From the NCBI GenBank assembly GCA_028706315.1, contig JAQWBP010000018.1, positions 1 to 24,000 of the forward strand: a stretch of 24,000 bases of DNA. Direction: 5' to 3'. Made by a program: the position numbers and the translations under genes. This stretch comes from Syntrophomonadaceae bacterium (lineage in GTDB: Bacteria > Bacillota > Syntrophomonadia > Syntrophomonadales > Syntrophomonadaceae). Position 1 is the first letter of the stretch. Every line of letters begins with the position of its first letter. Positions 14,501 through 22,228 of this stretch are shown here, one piece after another. The notes under the pieces are model-generated. The model worked only from the letters and a program-made list of their open reading frames with translations. It did no database searches and had not been told where the DNA came from.

Positions 14501-15541
14501 TTGAGAGAACCGTTGTTGATAAATATAAATAATACAGTTTTCTTAAGGGATGATACTTTGATAATTTTGGATCGTCGTCGTTTTCCTCATGAAGTAGTAG
14601 AAGTAGTTTGTAGTGACTATGAAGAAGTGGCCAAAAGCATTGAAAACATGGTAGTTCAAGGGGCCGGAGATATTGCAATAACTGCTGGGTATGGGCTTTA
14701 TTTGGCGGCCCGTCAGATGGATTCTATGGTTGGGATAGACATAGAAGCAGCAAGAACAAACCTATTGAAGGCCAAAAAACGCCTTATTAATACCCGACCA
14801 ACCGGGTTTCATATTGCAGTCTTACTGAATCATATAATTAAGAAGGTTAATTGGAGCCAGTATAATTGGTCCGTACAAATATTAGAATGTATTAATCTGG
14901 TTATCAAAAAACAAGATATTCGTTCTGAGTTAACAGGCAAATGGGCGGAAACTTTGGTACAAGATGGGGATTGTATTCTTACTCATTGCTTTCCTGGTTC
15001 AGCACTATTACATATGCTGCAATTAGCACTAAAGCATGGCAAAAAAATAGAATTAATAGCTACTGAAACCAGACCATATCTTCAAGGAGCTCGACTTACA
15101 GCTTGGGCAGTTTCTGAGCTTGGCGTTCCAGTCACTTTAATAACGGACAGCATGGCTGCTTATTGCATGAGTCAAGGTATGATCTCAAAGGTGTTTACCG
15201 CTGCTGATCGAATAGCCCTTGATGGAACAGTTGCTAATAAAGTGGGTACTTTTCAATTAGCACTGGCAGCTAGATACCACCAGCTGCCATTTTATATTTT
15301 GGGTTATGGGGGACCGGATAAATATTGTGAAAGTAGTAAGGACATACCGGTCGAACAAAGGGATTCTGAAGAAGTTCTTGTTTTTAATGGGGTAAATATT
15401 AGTGGTAAGAAAGTAAAGGGTTTTTACCCTGCTTTTGACTTAACACCTCCACAATTAATTGGGGGAATAATTACTGATCGGGGAATTATTTCGCCATGGG
15501 AGGTTAATACTTACTGGTCTTTACCAGTTGATATTATGTAA
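14501..15541 (+). CDS. eIF-2B alpha/beta/delta-like family protein (divergent MtnA / sugar-phosphate isomerase paralogue)
   Basis: TTG start after AGGAGGAAAAGG. The family core is TETRPYLQGARLTAWAVSELGVPVTLITDSMAAYCM...AADRIALDGTVANKVGTFQLALAARYHQLPFYI. The motifs VRGAPAIG (here VQGAGDIA) and NGDxANKIGT (here DGTVANKVGT) are altered. Confidence 0.8.
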   Translation: MREPLLININNTVFLRDDTLIILDRRRFPHEVVEVVCSDYEEVAKSIENMVVQGAGDIAITAGYGLYLAARQMDSMVGIDIEAARTNLLKAKKRLINTRPTGFHIAVLLNHIIKKVNWSQYNWSVQILECINLVIKKQDIRSELTGKWAETLVQDGDCILTHCFPGSALLHMLQLALKHGKKIELIATETRPYLQGARLTAWAVSELGVPVTLITDSMAAYCMSQGMISKVFTAADRIALDGTVANKVGTFQLALAARYHQLPFYILGYGGPDKYCESSKDIPVEQRDSEEVLVFNGVNISGKKVKGFYPAFDLTPPQLIGGIITDRGIISPWEVNTYWSLPVDIM

Positions 15542-15591
15542 TTATTTAGGGAGAAGTATAAAAAGGTTAAGTAGGGAGGTGTAGTGTATTA

Positions 15592-15789
15592 ATGTCCATT
15601 TTGAAAGATTCAGTGATAATTCCGCTTAATCGCCAATTGTTTATACCCAAAGAAGGTGACTTAAAAATGGAAGATCTGATTATCGAAACAGAGGGAGATT
15701 ATAAGTTATTTGAAAAAAATGATTACATTATAGTTAAAAACAACGACTGTTGTAGAGGTATCGAGGTTACTATAAAAACGAGAGAATAA
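15592..15789 (+). CDS. Hypothetical small protein (65 aa)
   Basis: ORF with GGAGG 11 nt upstream. I recognise no family. Coding status is uncertain. Confidence 0.45.
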   Translation: MSILKDSVIIPLNRQLFIPKEGDLKMEDLIIETEGDYKLFEKNDYIIVKNNDCCRGIEVTIKTRE

Positions 15790-15874
15790 CTACTCAGCTA
15801 GTTACACGTGATTTTGTTTAATAAAAAAGCCTTTTGAGTTTATAATAGGGTCTTAAATAATAGGAGGAACAACT

Positions 15875-16291
15875 ATGGTGCGGTTATTTAAAGCTTGGTC
15901 GATAGTAGATAACTTTTATGAGAAGGATCAGGTATTGCTTAACTGGTTTGTAGTAGGCAGGCAAACACCAATAGCTCCTTATGAAGAACTAGTTGATAAT
16001 TATGATGAAAATGAGGATGAGGTCTGGTGTGATCATCTACTGGTAAATGAATTTTTTACTGAACCGGAAATAGAGGGATTAAGGGATTATCTTCTGGAAT
16101 TTCATGAGCTTGAGGTTCGGGTAGAAGAAGTATCGTTGCCGGTGTGTTCCGGGGGGCTAAGTTATAGTCTCCTGCTGATAAATGGTGCGAAGGATTTTTA
16201 TCCTTTAGCTGATGAAAAGGAATATAAGCTCGATATATCTGTCCTGGGGCATTTTGATTTGGAAGAAGAGGTTCAAATGAGAAGACAGTAA
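15875..16291 (+). CDS. Hypothetical acidic protein (138 aa)
   Basis: AGGAGGAACAACT precedes the ATG, and a TATAAT-like hexamer lies ~35 nt upstream. The composition is strongly acidic (runs of D/E). I recognise no family. Confidence 0.6.
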   Translation: MVRLFKAWSIVDNFYEKDQVLLNWFVVGRQTPIAPYEELVDNYDENEDEVWCDHLLVNEFFTEPEIEGLRDYLLEFHELEVRVEEVSLPVCSGGLSYSLLLINGAKDFYPLADEKEYKLDISVLGHFDLEEEVQMRRQ

Positions 16292-16302
16292 GGAGCTAAA
16301 TC

Positions 16303-16515
16303 ATGAAAATTGGAGATAGGGTGATAATAAGTGAACCTAGGCACCCATTATTTCAATATAAAGGTATGCTAGTAGGTTTCCGCGGTGAAGGAAAACCTGG
16401 AGATATATGGTTGCTAATTTTAGTTGACCTCTATAATCGAAGTTATCTTGTTCCACAATCTATGGTGGAATTAATACCAGAGGAGAATGATACGAACAAT
16501 AACGAAGAGCTCTAA
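16303..16515 (+). CDS. Hypothetical small protein (70 aa) with a KOW/SH3-like N-terminal pattern
   Basis: AAGGAG RBS 11 nt after the previous stop suggests translational coupling. The pattern MKIGDRVIIS...YKGMLVGF resembles small SH3/KOW-like beta-barrel proteins. The assignment is weak. Confidence 0.55.
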   Translation: MKIGDRVIISEPRHPLFQYKGMLVGFRGEGKPGDIWLLILVDLYNRSYLVPQSMVELIPEENDTNNNEEL

Positions 16516-16560
16516 AATATAGCTTTATCTAACTTGAGATGCCTAAACTTAATATATTAT

Positions 16561-16730
16561 GTACAGCGGGTTCTTTGTGTAATGGCAAAGAACTAGGGAA
16601 CCAGGTGAAAAACCTGGACGGTCGCGCCACTGTAAGCGGGGAGCATGTTTCCACTTTGCCACTGGGCTTTAAGCCTGGGAAGGCGGAAACAGGCAAAGAG
16701 CCGCAAGTCAGGAAACCTAACCGTTGTGCC
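16561..16730 (+). promoter_or_regulatory. Cobalamin (B12) riboswitch aptamer
   Basis: Conserved cobalamin-riboswitch blocks appear in the correct order: AGGGAA, CCAGGTGAAAAACCTGG, GCGCCACTGTAAGCGGGGA, GCCACTGGG...CCTGGGAAGGCGG and the B12-box-like AGTCAGGAAACC. A candidate P1 pairs ACAGCGG (16563-16569) with CCGTTGT (16721-16727). A TTGAGA ... TATATTAT promoter-like stretch lies at 16534-16560. Confidence 0.9.
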
Positions 16731-16770
16731 GCACGTGATACCTTCGCAGGAAAGGAGGAGTGCTTACGTA

Positions 16771-16818
16771 AAGTAAAAGCTTCAACTTAACTGTAAAAAA
16801 GTTGAAGCTTTTACTTTT
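16771..16818 (+). terminator. Riboswitch expression-platform terminator
   Basis: Perfect 18-bp stem AAGTAAAAGCTTCAACTT (16771-16788) / AAGTTGAAGCTTTTACTT (16799-16816) with a 10-nt loop, ending in a TTTT run. Confidence 0.9.
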
Positions 16819-16961
16819 GAATACAAGTACAATTATGTTTTGTAGTAAAAATATTTGCTAAAGCCATAATAGAGGGAATTAGGGCGTAATATTGCTAAAA
16901 CCGAACTTGTAGAGTGATGAACGTGGAAATATAAGGTGATTTAAGGATTAGGAGTGATAAA

Positions 16962-19900
16962 GTGAAGAAAAAACTAAGTTTTTTAATAATAGTGACTTTT
17001 CTATTAACAGCTTTTTTTACTGTCCCTGTACTTGGGGCAGATAATCTATCAGTCGAAGATTCACTAAAAGAAATTGTTTCTTATTACGAAAATAGCAAAA
17101 CTACCTTAGATAATTGGGAGGAAGTAGTTGGATTAGCGAATGCTGATGTAGATTTATCGGCTGAACCATGGCAATTACCTGATTGGCAGGTGGATTCATT
17201 AAATGAAAATTCTAACCCCACAGAATATGCAAAAGTAATTTTAGGAATGCGGGCAGCTAAACAAGATTCAACAAATGTAAATGGCAGGAACCTTGTTAAT
17301 GAACTGGCTGCTAAACAAGAAGTAACTGGGAATTTTGGTGAGTATATTACCGATACTATATGGTCTATGGTTGCTTTGGATACAGCCGGTAAAACTTATG
17401 ATGTATCCGGTGCTGTAGATTACCTATTAAATAAGCAGACAAGTGATGGAGGATTTGCTTTTAGCGGAGACATAGCTGATCCGGATATGACTGGTTTTAC
17501 CTTAATTGCGCTTGCATCTCATATGAATGTGGAAAGTGTTAATGACGTTGTTTATCAGGCAGAAGAATGTTTGAAATCTATTCAATTAGACAGTGGCGGA
17601 TTTGGCTATGGTGGTGGTGATGCAGAAAATTCTGCGTCAAGTGCTGCTGTTATTAGAGGATTAGTTGCCTGTAATAAAGACATTACATCGTCTGAATGGA
17701 CTAAAAATGGTAATTCAATGATTGATGCTCTTTTTGAATTTCAATTACCTAATAAATCTTTTTCCCATCTAGGTAGCGAAACTAGTGACTTATCTACCAG
17801 ACAAGCTTTGATAGCTATTACTGAATTAATAAGTAATGGTTTTGGTAATTACATAATAAGTGGAACAGTTCCTGTTAGTGCTCCGGAGGAACCTACTGTT
17901 CAAATTGAGGTCACAGTTAGAGTAGAAGGATTAGAAGACACGGGTACGATATTGGACGAAACACTAGTAAACATAGATTCAGACAGCAGGGTCTTTGATG
18001 CCTTAAAGCAAGCATTAGATGATGCCGGGGTAAGTAATAGTATAAATACTGCAGCAGAGTGGTTATCAATAGATGATATTTCTATAGATACGGCGGCAGA
18101 GATAAGTGAAAATTTCTATTGGATGTATACGGTAAATGACAATTTAAACACAGATACTAATCCTGTGTTAAACCAGGGAGATGCCATAACTGTATATTTA
18201 ATAAAGTATCCTACCACTTTTTATGCAAAATTATCTCTAAGTAAAGAAGAAGTTAATAAGGGCGAAAAGGTAAAAGCAGTAGTAAACAAATCAGATGGAG
18301 GATGGCCAGCAAATTATATTCCTGCAGACGGAGTACAAGTACATTTTGGGGATGAAATCTATATCACAGATGAAAATGGTGAAGTTGAAGTTACTATACA
18401 GACTGCTGGAACATTCAAGGTATATGCTGATAAATATGACGAATCGGGAATACCAGGGATAGTAAAGACAGCAAGTAAGACGCTAGTAGTAAAGGAAAAT
18501 AGCTCTAATCCAGGATCTACAGAAACTGGTATAACTGTAAAAATTGCTATTTTAGGAAAACAGGGTAATCTATTATATGGTCCTGGCAGTGTAATTATTT
18601 CTAAGAATGACAGTTATGGGCAAACTGCAATGAGTGCACTGGATGCTACTAGCTTAAACTGGACGATTTCCAATACCTGGGATGGCTTAGTTACTGAAAT
18701 AGCAGGTGAAGAAAATGAAGGTATGAATGGGTGGATGTATTCAATTAATAATAATAGCGCTTGGGATGTTCCCCAAAATGCAAGTGTTTCTAACGGAGAT
18801 AAAGTTTTGTTCTGGTACAGTATGGATGCGATGGAAAAGGGGCCAACTTGGAACGATGTAGAAAATTTATCAAAGGGGAATTTAGAAAATACAACAAACG
18901 TAATTAAGGATGAAAAAAAAGTTAAAGAAAGGTTAACCAGCTATATTGAGGAAATTACAGCGTTGAGTAAAACCAAAGCTTTAAATGCAGACAACCAGAT
19001 GACCCAGAAAGAGGCCAATAAAATAAAATCAGAACTGGCAGATAACACAGTTAACCTGAGTAAAGAAGTAGGGAAAGCAGAGGCTGTAATAGCAGATACG
19101 GAAGTATCTATGCTGGTACCGGAAAATGCACTTTCACAGACTAAAAGTTTAACTATTAAAGAATTAGCTGCTAATAAAGAAACTCAACAGTTCGCGGTCA
19201 AATTAGGATCATCAATTTATGAATTTGGTCCCAGCGGAACAAAATTTGACAAACCAGTAACTATTAGTCTTGCAATAGCCATAACTGAGGATATGGATAT
19301 TGAAAATCTGACTCCGGCCTGGTATGACGAGGTCAACAAACAGTGGATTCCTATTCCGGGTGTTATAGATCTTAAAACAGGTTTAGTAGTATTTCAAATT
19401 GACCATTTTACTAAGTTTGCTGTAATTGATTTACCAGATATTTTACCGGAAATTTTACCAGAACTTTTACCAGACAGAGTCACTTTTACTGATGTAGGTG
19501 AGAATATATCTTGGGCCCAAGATGCCATAGAAATTCTGGCCGGGAAGGGAATTATTAATGGTACAGGGCAGGGATTGTTTGAACCACAAAGATGCATAAG
19601 CAGAGCAGAATTCGTTCAGCTGATAGTAACATCTCTACAACTAAAATCCGAAGAGTATGACGGCTTATTTAGCGATGTGGATTCTTCAAACTGGTTTGCA
19701 GGTGCCGTGGCAAGTGCATCAAATAATAAAATTGTCTCAGGATATCCTGAGGGTACTTTCAAGCCTAACAATAGTATAAGTAGAAACGAAGTTGCCAGCA
19801 TTTTTTATTATTTAGAAGGTACTAAAAAGAGTAGCAATGATGTTAACCTGGTTTTTTCCGATTTGGATAATATACCTAAATGGGCGGCAGATGGAGTTAA

Positions 19901-20027
19901 TTATGTTCATACACAGGGACTAATGCAGGGCTATGAAGATGAAACATTTAGAGGAAATGATCCATTAAGCAGAGCCGAAGCAGCTGTTGTTCTCTACAAA
20001 TACCTTAACTCTGTTTCCAGTATTTAA
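16962..20027 (+). CDS. Secreted, SLH-anchored multidomain protein: alpha/alpha-toroid (prenyltransferase-like) repeats, two DUF4430 (transcobalamin-like C-terminal) domains, Ig-like modules and three SLH domains
   Basis: GTG start 7 nt after AGGAG. Signal peptide MKKKLSFLIIVTFLLTAFFTVPVLGA. Repeats of the Q..DGGF type (NKQTSDGGFAF, IQLDSGGFGYG) span aa ~30-295. Two segments (aa ~315-413 and ~524-620) have the DUF4430 pattern (V.V.I.G....L........T..DAL........G....I.G......W.Y.VN......GD.V.F.Y). Three C-terminal SLH repeats begin FTDV..., FSDV... and FSDL... (aa ~840-1021). Confidence 0.9.
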   Translation: MKKKLSFLIIVTFLLTAFFTVPVLGADNLSVEDSLKEIVSYYENSKTTLDNWEEVVGLANADVDLSAEPWQLPDWQVDSLNENSNPTEYAKVILGMRAAKQDSTNVNGRNLVNELAAKQEVTGNFGEYITDTIWSMVALDTAGKTYDVSGAVDYLLNKQTSDGGFAFSGDIADPDMTGFTLIALASHMNVESVNDVVYQAEECLKSIQLDSGGFGYGGGDAENSASSAAVIRGLVACNKDITSSEWTKNGNSMIDALFEFQLPNKSFSHLGSETSDLSTRQALIAITELISNGFGNYIISGTVPVSAPEEPTVQIEVTVRVEGLEDTGTILDETLVNIDSDSRVFDALKQALDDAGVSNSINTAAEWLSIDDISIDTAAEISENFYWMYTVNDNLNTDTNPVLNQGDAITVYLIKYPTTFYAKLSLSKEEVNKGEKVKAVVNKSDGGWPANYIPADGVQVHFGDEIYITDENGEVEVTIQTAGTFKVYADKYDESGIPGIVKTASKTLVVKENSSNPGSTETGITVKIAILGKQGNLLYGPGSVIISKNDSYGQTAMSALDATSLNWTISNTWDGLVTEIAGEENEGMNGWMYSINNNSAWDVPQNASVSNGDKVLFWYSMDAMEKGPTWNDVENLSKGNLENTTNVIKDEKKVKERLTSYIEEITALSKTKALNADNQMTQKEANKIKSELADNTVNLSKEVGKAEAVIADTEVSMLVPENALSQTKSLTIKELAANKETQQFAVKLGSSIYEFGPSGTKFDKPVTISLAIAITEDMDIENLTPAWYDEVNKQWIPIPGVIDLKTGLVVFQIDHFTKFAVIDLPDILPEILPELLPDRVTFTDVGENISWAQDAIEILAGKGIINGTGQGLFEPQRCISRAEFVQLIVTSLQLKSEEYDGLFSDVDSSNWFAGAVASASNNKIVSGYPEGTFKPNNSISRNEVASIFYYLEGTKKSSNDVNLVFSDLDNIPKWAADGVNYVHTQGLMQGYEDETFRGNDPLSRAEAAVVLYKYLNSVSSI
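19428..19475 (+). repeat. Four tandem 12-bp repeats encoding a (D/E)(I/L)LP x4 linker
   Basis: GATTTACCAGAT ATTTTACCGGAA ATTTTACCAGAA CTTTTACCAGAC encodes DLPD ILPE ILPE LLPD. It lies in frame between the body of the protein and the SLH anchor. Confidence 0.9.
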
Positions 20028-20129
20028 CGAGAAAATAAATTTTTAATGCACTGCTGGTTCAGGTAAGCTACATAAGGCTGGGCTGGCAGTGCACATCCCG
20101 TTTCAATTTTATGGATAAGGGGGATAGCT

Positions 20130-21293
20130 GTGAAAAATAGATTATTATGCCTAGTATTGACCGTATTTTTAATATGGATGGCGGTTACCATTTCTGGTTG
20201 CAGCACTAATAAAACTAATGATAATAGCATATCTGTCAATGGCAGTTCTGTTACAACAGATAAAGCAAAGGGTAAAACTAATGATGAAAAAATTAAAATA
20301 GAAACACAAGAACAAGCGTCACAGGGAGAAAGTAAGGAAAATAAAGTTGATAATGAAAGAAATGCTATTACTCCAAGCCATGACAGTGTTGCGCAAAATA
20401 CATCTAATCAGGCTGGTAAAACAACTAGTACTAATGACATGGTAACTCTATTTATAACCAAAGATTTTGGGGTTCAAATTTTAGTTGAAAAACAGGTAGC
20501 AATTAACAAAAATTGGACAATTATTGATCTTCTAGCATCGGTTTCAGAAATAGATACTAAATGGAATGGCGGTTTTATAAATAGTATTGACGGACTGGAA
20601 TCTAATAACGGTGGTATGTCAGGCAAAAGATTCGACTGGTTTTACTATATAAATGGAATTTGTTCTGATGTAGGGGCTGCGGAATATGACTTGAAGGCTG
20701 GGGAAGTAGTTTGGTGGGATTATCATGACTGGAAAAGCATGGGATCTACTAATTCAGCAGTTATCGGCTGCTATCCGGAACCATTTGTGCGCGGTTACCG
20801 GGGTAAGATCGGAGCAACAACAGTTATGAGTTCCGCAGATAATCAGAGTCTAGCCACTGACCTGCAAAAAGCGCTGAAAGTGAAGGGAGTCCGTTCTGTT
20901 AATGTCAAGGAATTAGATAATAATGTACTGGAAAACAGACAGGTACCTACGATTGTTATAGGTACGTGGAATGAAGTTAAACAGCTTTCCTGGCTGGAAA
21001 AGTTTAATAATGCCTATAGAAAAACAGGTACCAGTGTTCATTTTACTGATAAAGGGTTAGAACTGCTGGATCATAGTGGAGCAGTAGCTCAGATGATTGA
21101 TAAAAGTGCTGGTGTTATAGTTGCTGCTGGATCAGGCCTGGGAGATACTAGTCCCCTCTGGATGCTTGTTGGTACTGATCAGGAAGGTTTAAAGCAGGTA
21201 GTAGATATACTAGTTAATAAACCGGAGGAAATTTCTAGATTATATAATGCGGCAGTAGTTTCAGGAAAAGTTATCAGATTGCCATTACAGTAA
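20130..21293 (+). CDS. Lipoprotein with a DUF4430 (transcobalamin-like) domain and an uncharacterised C-terminal domain
   Basis: GTG start after AAGGGGGA. The signal peptide has a lipobox (LIWMAVTISG-C, Cys24) and is followed by a low-complexity linker. A DUF4430-like segment spans aa ~105-201 (VTLFITKDFG...TIIDLL...GFINSIDGL...WFYYINGI...AGEVVWWDY). Confidence 0.8.
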   Translation: MKNRLLCLVLTVFLIWMAVTISGCSTNKTNDNSISVNGSSVTTDKAKGKTNDEKIKIETQEQASQGESKENKVDNERNAITPSHDSVAQNTSNQAGKTTSTNDMVTLFITKDFGVQILVEKQVAINKNWTIIDLLASVSEIDTKWNGGFINSIDGLESNNGGMSGKRFDWFYYINGICSDVGAAEYDLKAGEVVWWDYHDWKSMGSTNSAVIGCYPEPFVRGYRGKIGATTVMSSADNQSLATDLQKALKVKGVRSVNVKELDNNVLENRQVPTIVIGTWNEVKQLSWLEKFNNAYRKTGTSVHFTDKGLELLDHSGAVAQMIDKSAGVIVAAGSGLGDTSPLWMLVGTDQEGLKQVVDILVNKPEEISRLYNAAVVSGKVIRLPLQ

Positions 21294-21313
21294 AAAAGGA
21301 AGCGAAACAAATT

Positions 21314-22228
21314 ATGCTTGTGTATCGGGAGAAGGATAATTTAATTCATAAATTGCATCCCTTTACCATTGTAGCTTTTGTTGGAGTAGTTTTTATTTTA
21401 TCTTTGGTTCTTTCTCATCCTGTTTACCTGTTAGGCTTGTTTCTGGCAGTGGGAGTAGTTATTATTGCTGCTGGGCATCTCAAGGAATGGAAGGTTTATC
21501 TTAAGTTTAGCATTATTATGATAATAATAATTATGATTATCAATGCTATTTTTGCTCAGGTAGGAGAGACAGTATTATTCATAGGTCCGCGGATTCCTGT
21601 ATTAGGGAAGATTAAAATAACCATGGAAGCTTTAGCATTTGGGGCAGGGATGGGTGTACGGCTGCTGGTTATCATCAGTGCGTTCTGTCTTTATACTTAT
21701 GCAGTGCACCCGGATAAGGTGTTAAAACTATTTAGCAAATGGGGTAATAAGTCGGTTATTGTTATAACTTTATCTACCCGTCTACTTCCTCTAATGGTTG
21801 GGGATTATTTGAGAATAACCGAGGTACAGCGCTGTCGGGGAGTAAAATTAGATACTGGTAGATGGTGGGAACGTGCCAAAAATATACTACCAGTAGTTAG
21901 CGTAATTTTGATATCCTGCCTCGAGCGTTCCTTACAGTTGGCTGAATCTATGCATGCCCGCGGTTATGGTAGTGGGTTTAGAACCTATTATACTCGAGAA
22001 TTGTGGCGCCCCAGAGACTATATAATCCTTACGGCATTATTTATTAGTTTCATAACCGGGGTATGGGCTGCTTTGCAGGGTTGGTCTAATTATAGCTACT
22101 ATCCCCGGCTGTCGGTAATTAATCTGGGAGAAATAAAAGCAGCAAGTATTGTGGTATTAACATTAATGATTCCTGCCATTCTTAATTGGGGGTGGAAGAA
22201 ATGTCCGTTATTAAAATCAAAGATCTGA
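21314..22228 (+). CDS. ECF transporter transmembrane (T) component, CbiQ/EcfT family
   Basis: Polytopic membrane protein with the characteristic N-terminal LHKLHPFT and the two coupling-helix motifs (ITEVQRCRG and ESMHARGYGSG). Confidence 0.88.
   Translation: MLVYREKDNLIHKLHPFTIVAFVGVVFILSLVLSHPVYLLGLFLAVGVVIIAAGHLKEWKVYLKFSIIMIIIIMIINAIFAQVGETVLFIGPRIPVLGKIKITMEALAFGAGMGVRLLVIISAFCLYTYAVHPDKVLKLFSKWGNKSVIVITLSTRLLPLMVGDYLRITEVQRCRGVKLDTGRWWERAKNILPVVSVILISCLERSLQLAESMHARGYGSGFRTYYTRELWRPRDYIILTALFISFITGVWAALQGWSNYSYYPRLSVINLGEIKAASIVVLTLMIPAILNWGWKKCPLLKSKI

Noticed and set aside
14421-14678. 85-aa minus-strand ORF spanning the crotonase/MtnA-like intergenic gap
   Set aside because: It overlaps the start of the MtnA-like gene antisense, its sequence is low-complexity (LLLLLHEENDDD), and it has no RBS.
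16539-16790. 83-aa ORF from the track (MPKLNILCTAGSLCNG...)
   Set aside because: It coincides exactly with the cobalamin riboswitch aptamer and runs into its terminator stem. It has no RBS, and the conserved RNA motifs explain the sequence.
16849-16903. Imperfect direct repeat AATATT(T)GCTAAA(G/A)CC, two copies ~39 bp apart, between the riboswitch terminator and the SLH gene
   Set aside because: The repeat is short, AT-rich and imperfect. It could be chance in AT-rich DNA, and I found no convincing promoter hexamers or palindromic symmetry.
20047-20093. 8-bp stem TGCACTGC/GCAGTGCA after the SLH protein gene as a possible terminator
   Set aside because: The loop is ~31 nt and there is no proper U-tract, so support for termination is weak. 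The operon is probably read through.
20024-20239. 71-aa minus-strand ORF between the SLH protein and the lipoprotein genes
   Set aside because: It overlaps the lipoprotein signal-peptide region antisense, with no RBS or recognisable family. The region is better explained as an intergenic spacer plus the start of the + strand gene.
22186-22200. Upstream start of the ATPase ORF
   Set aside because: GGGGGTGG overlaps this start position and serves as the RBS for ATG at 22201 (MSVIKIKDL...), the typical N-terminus of ECF ATPases.
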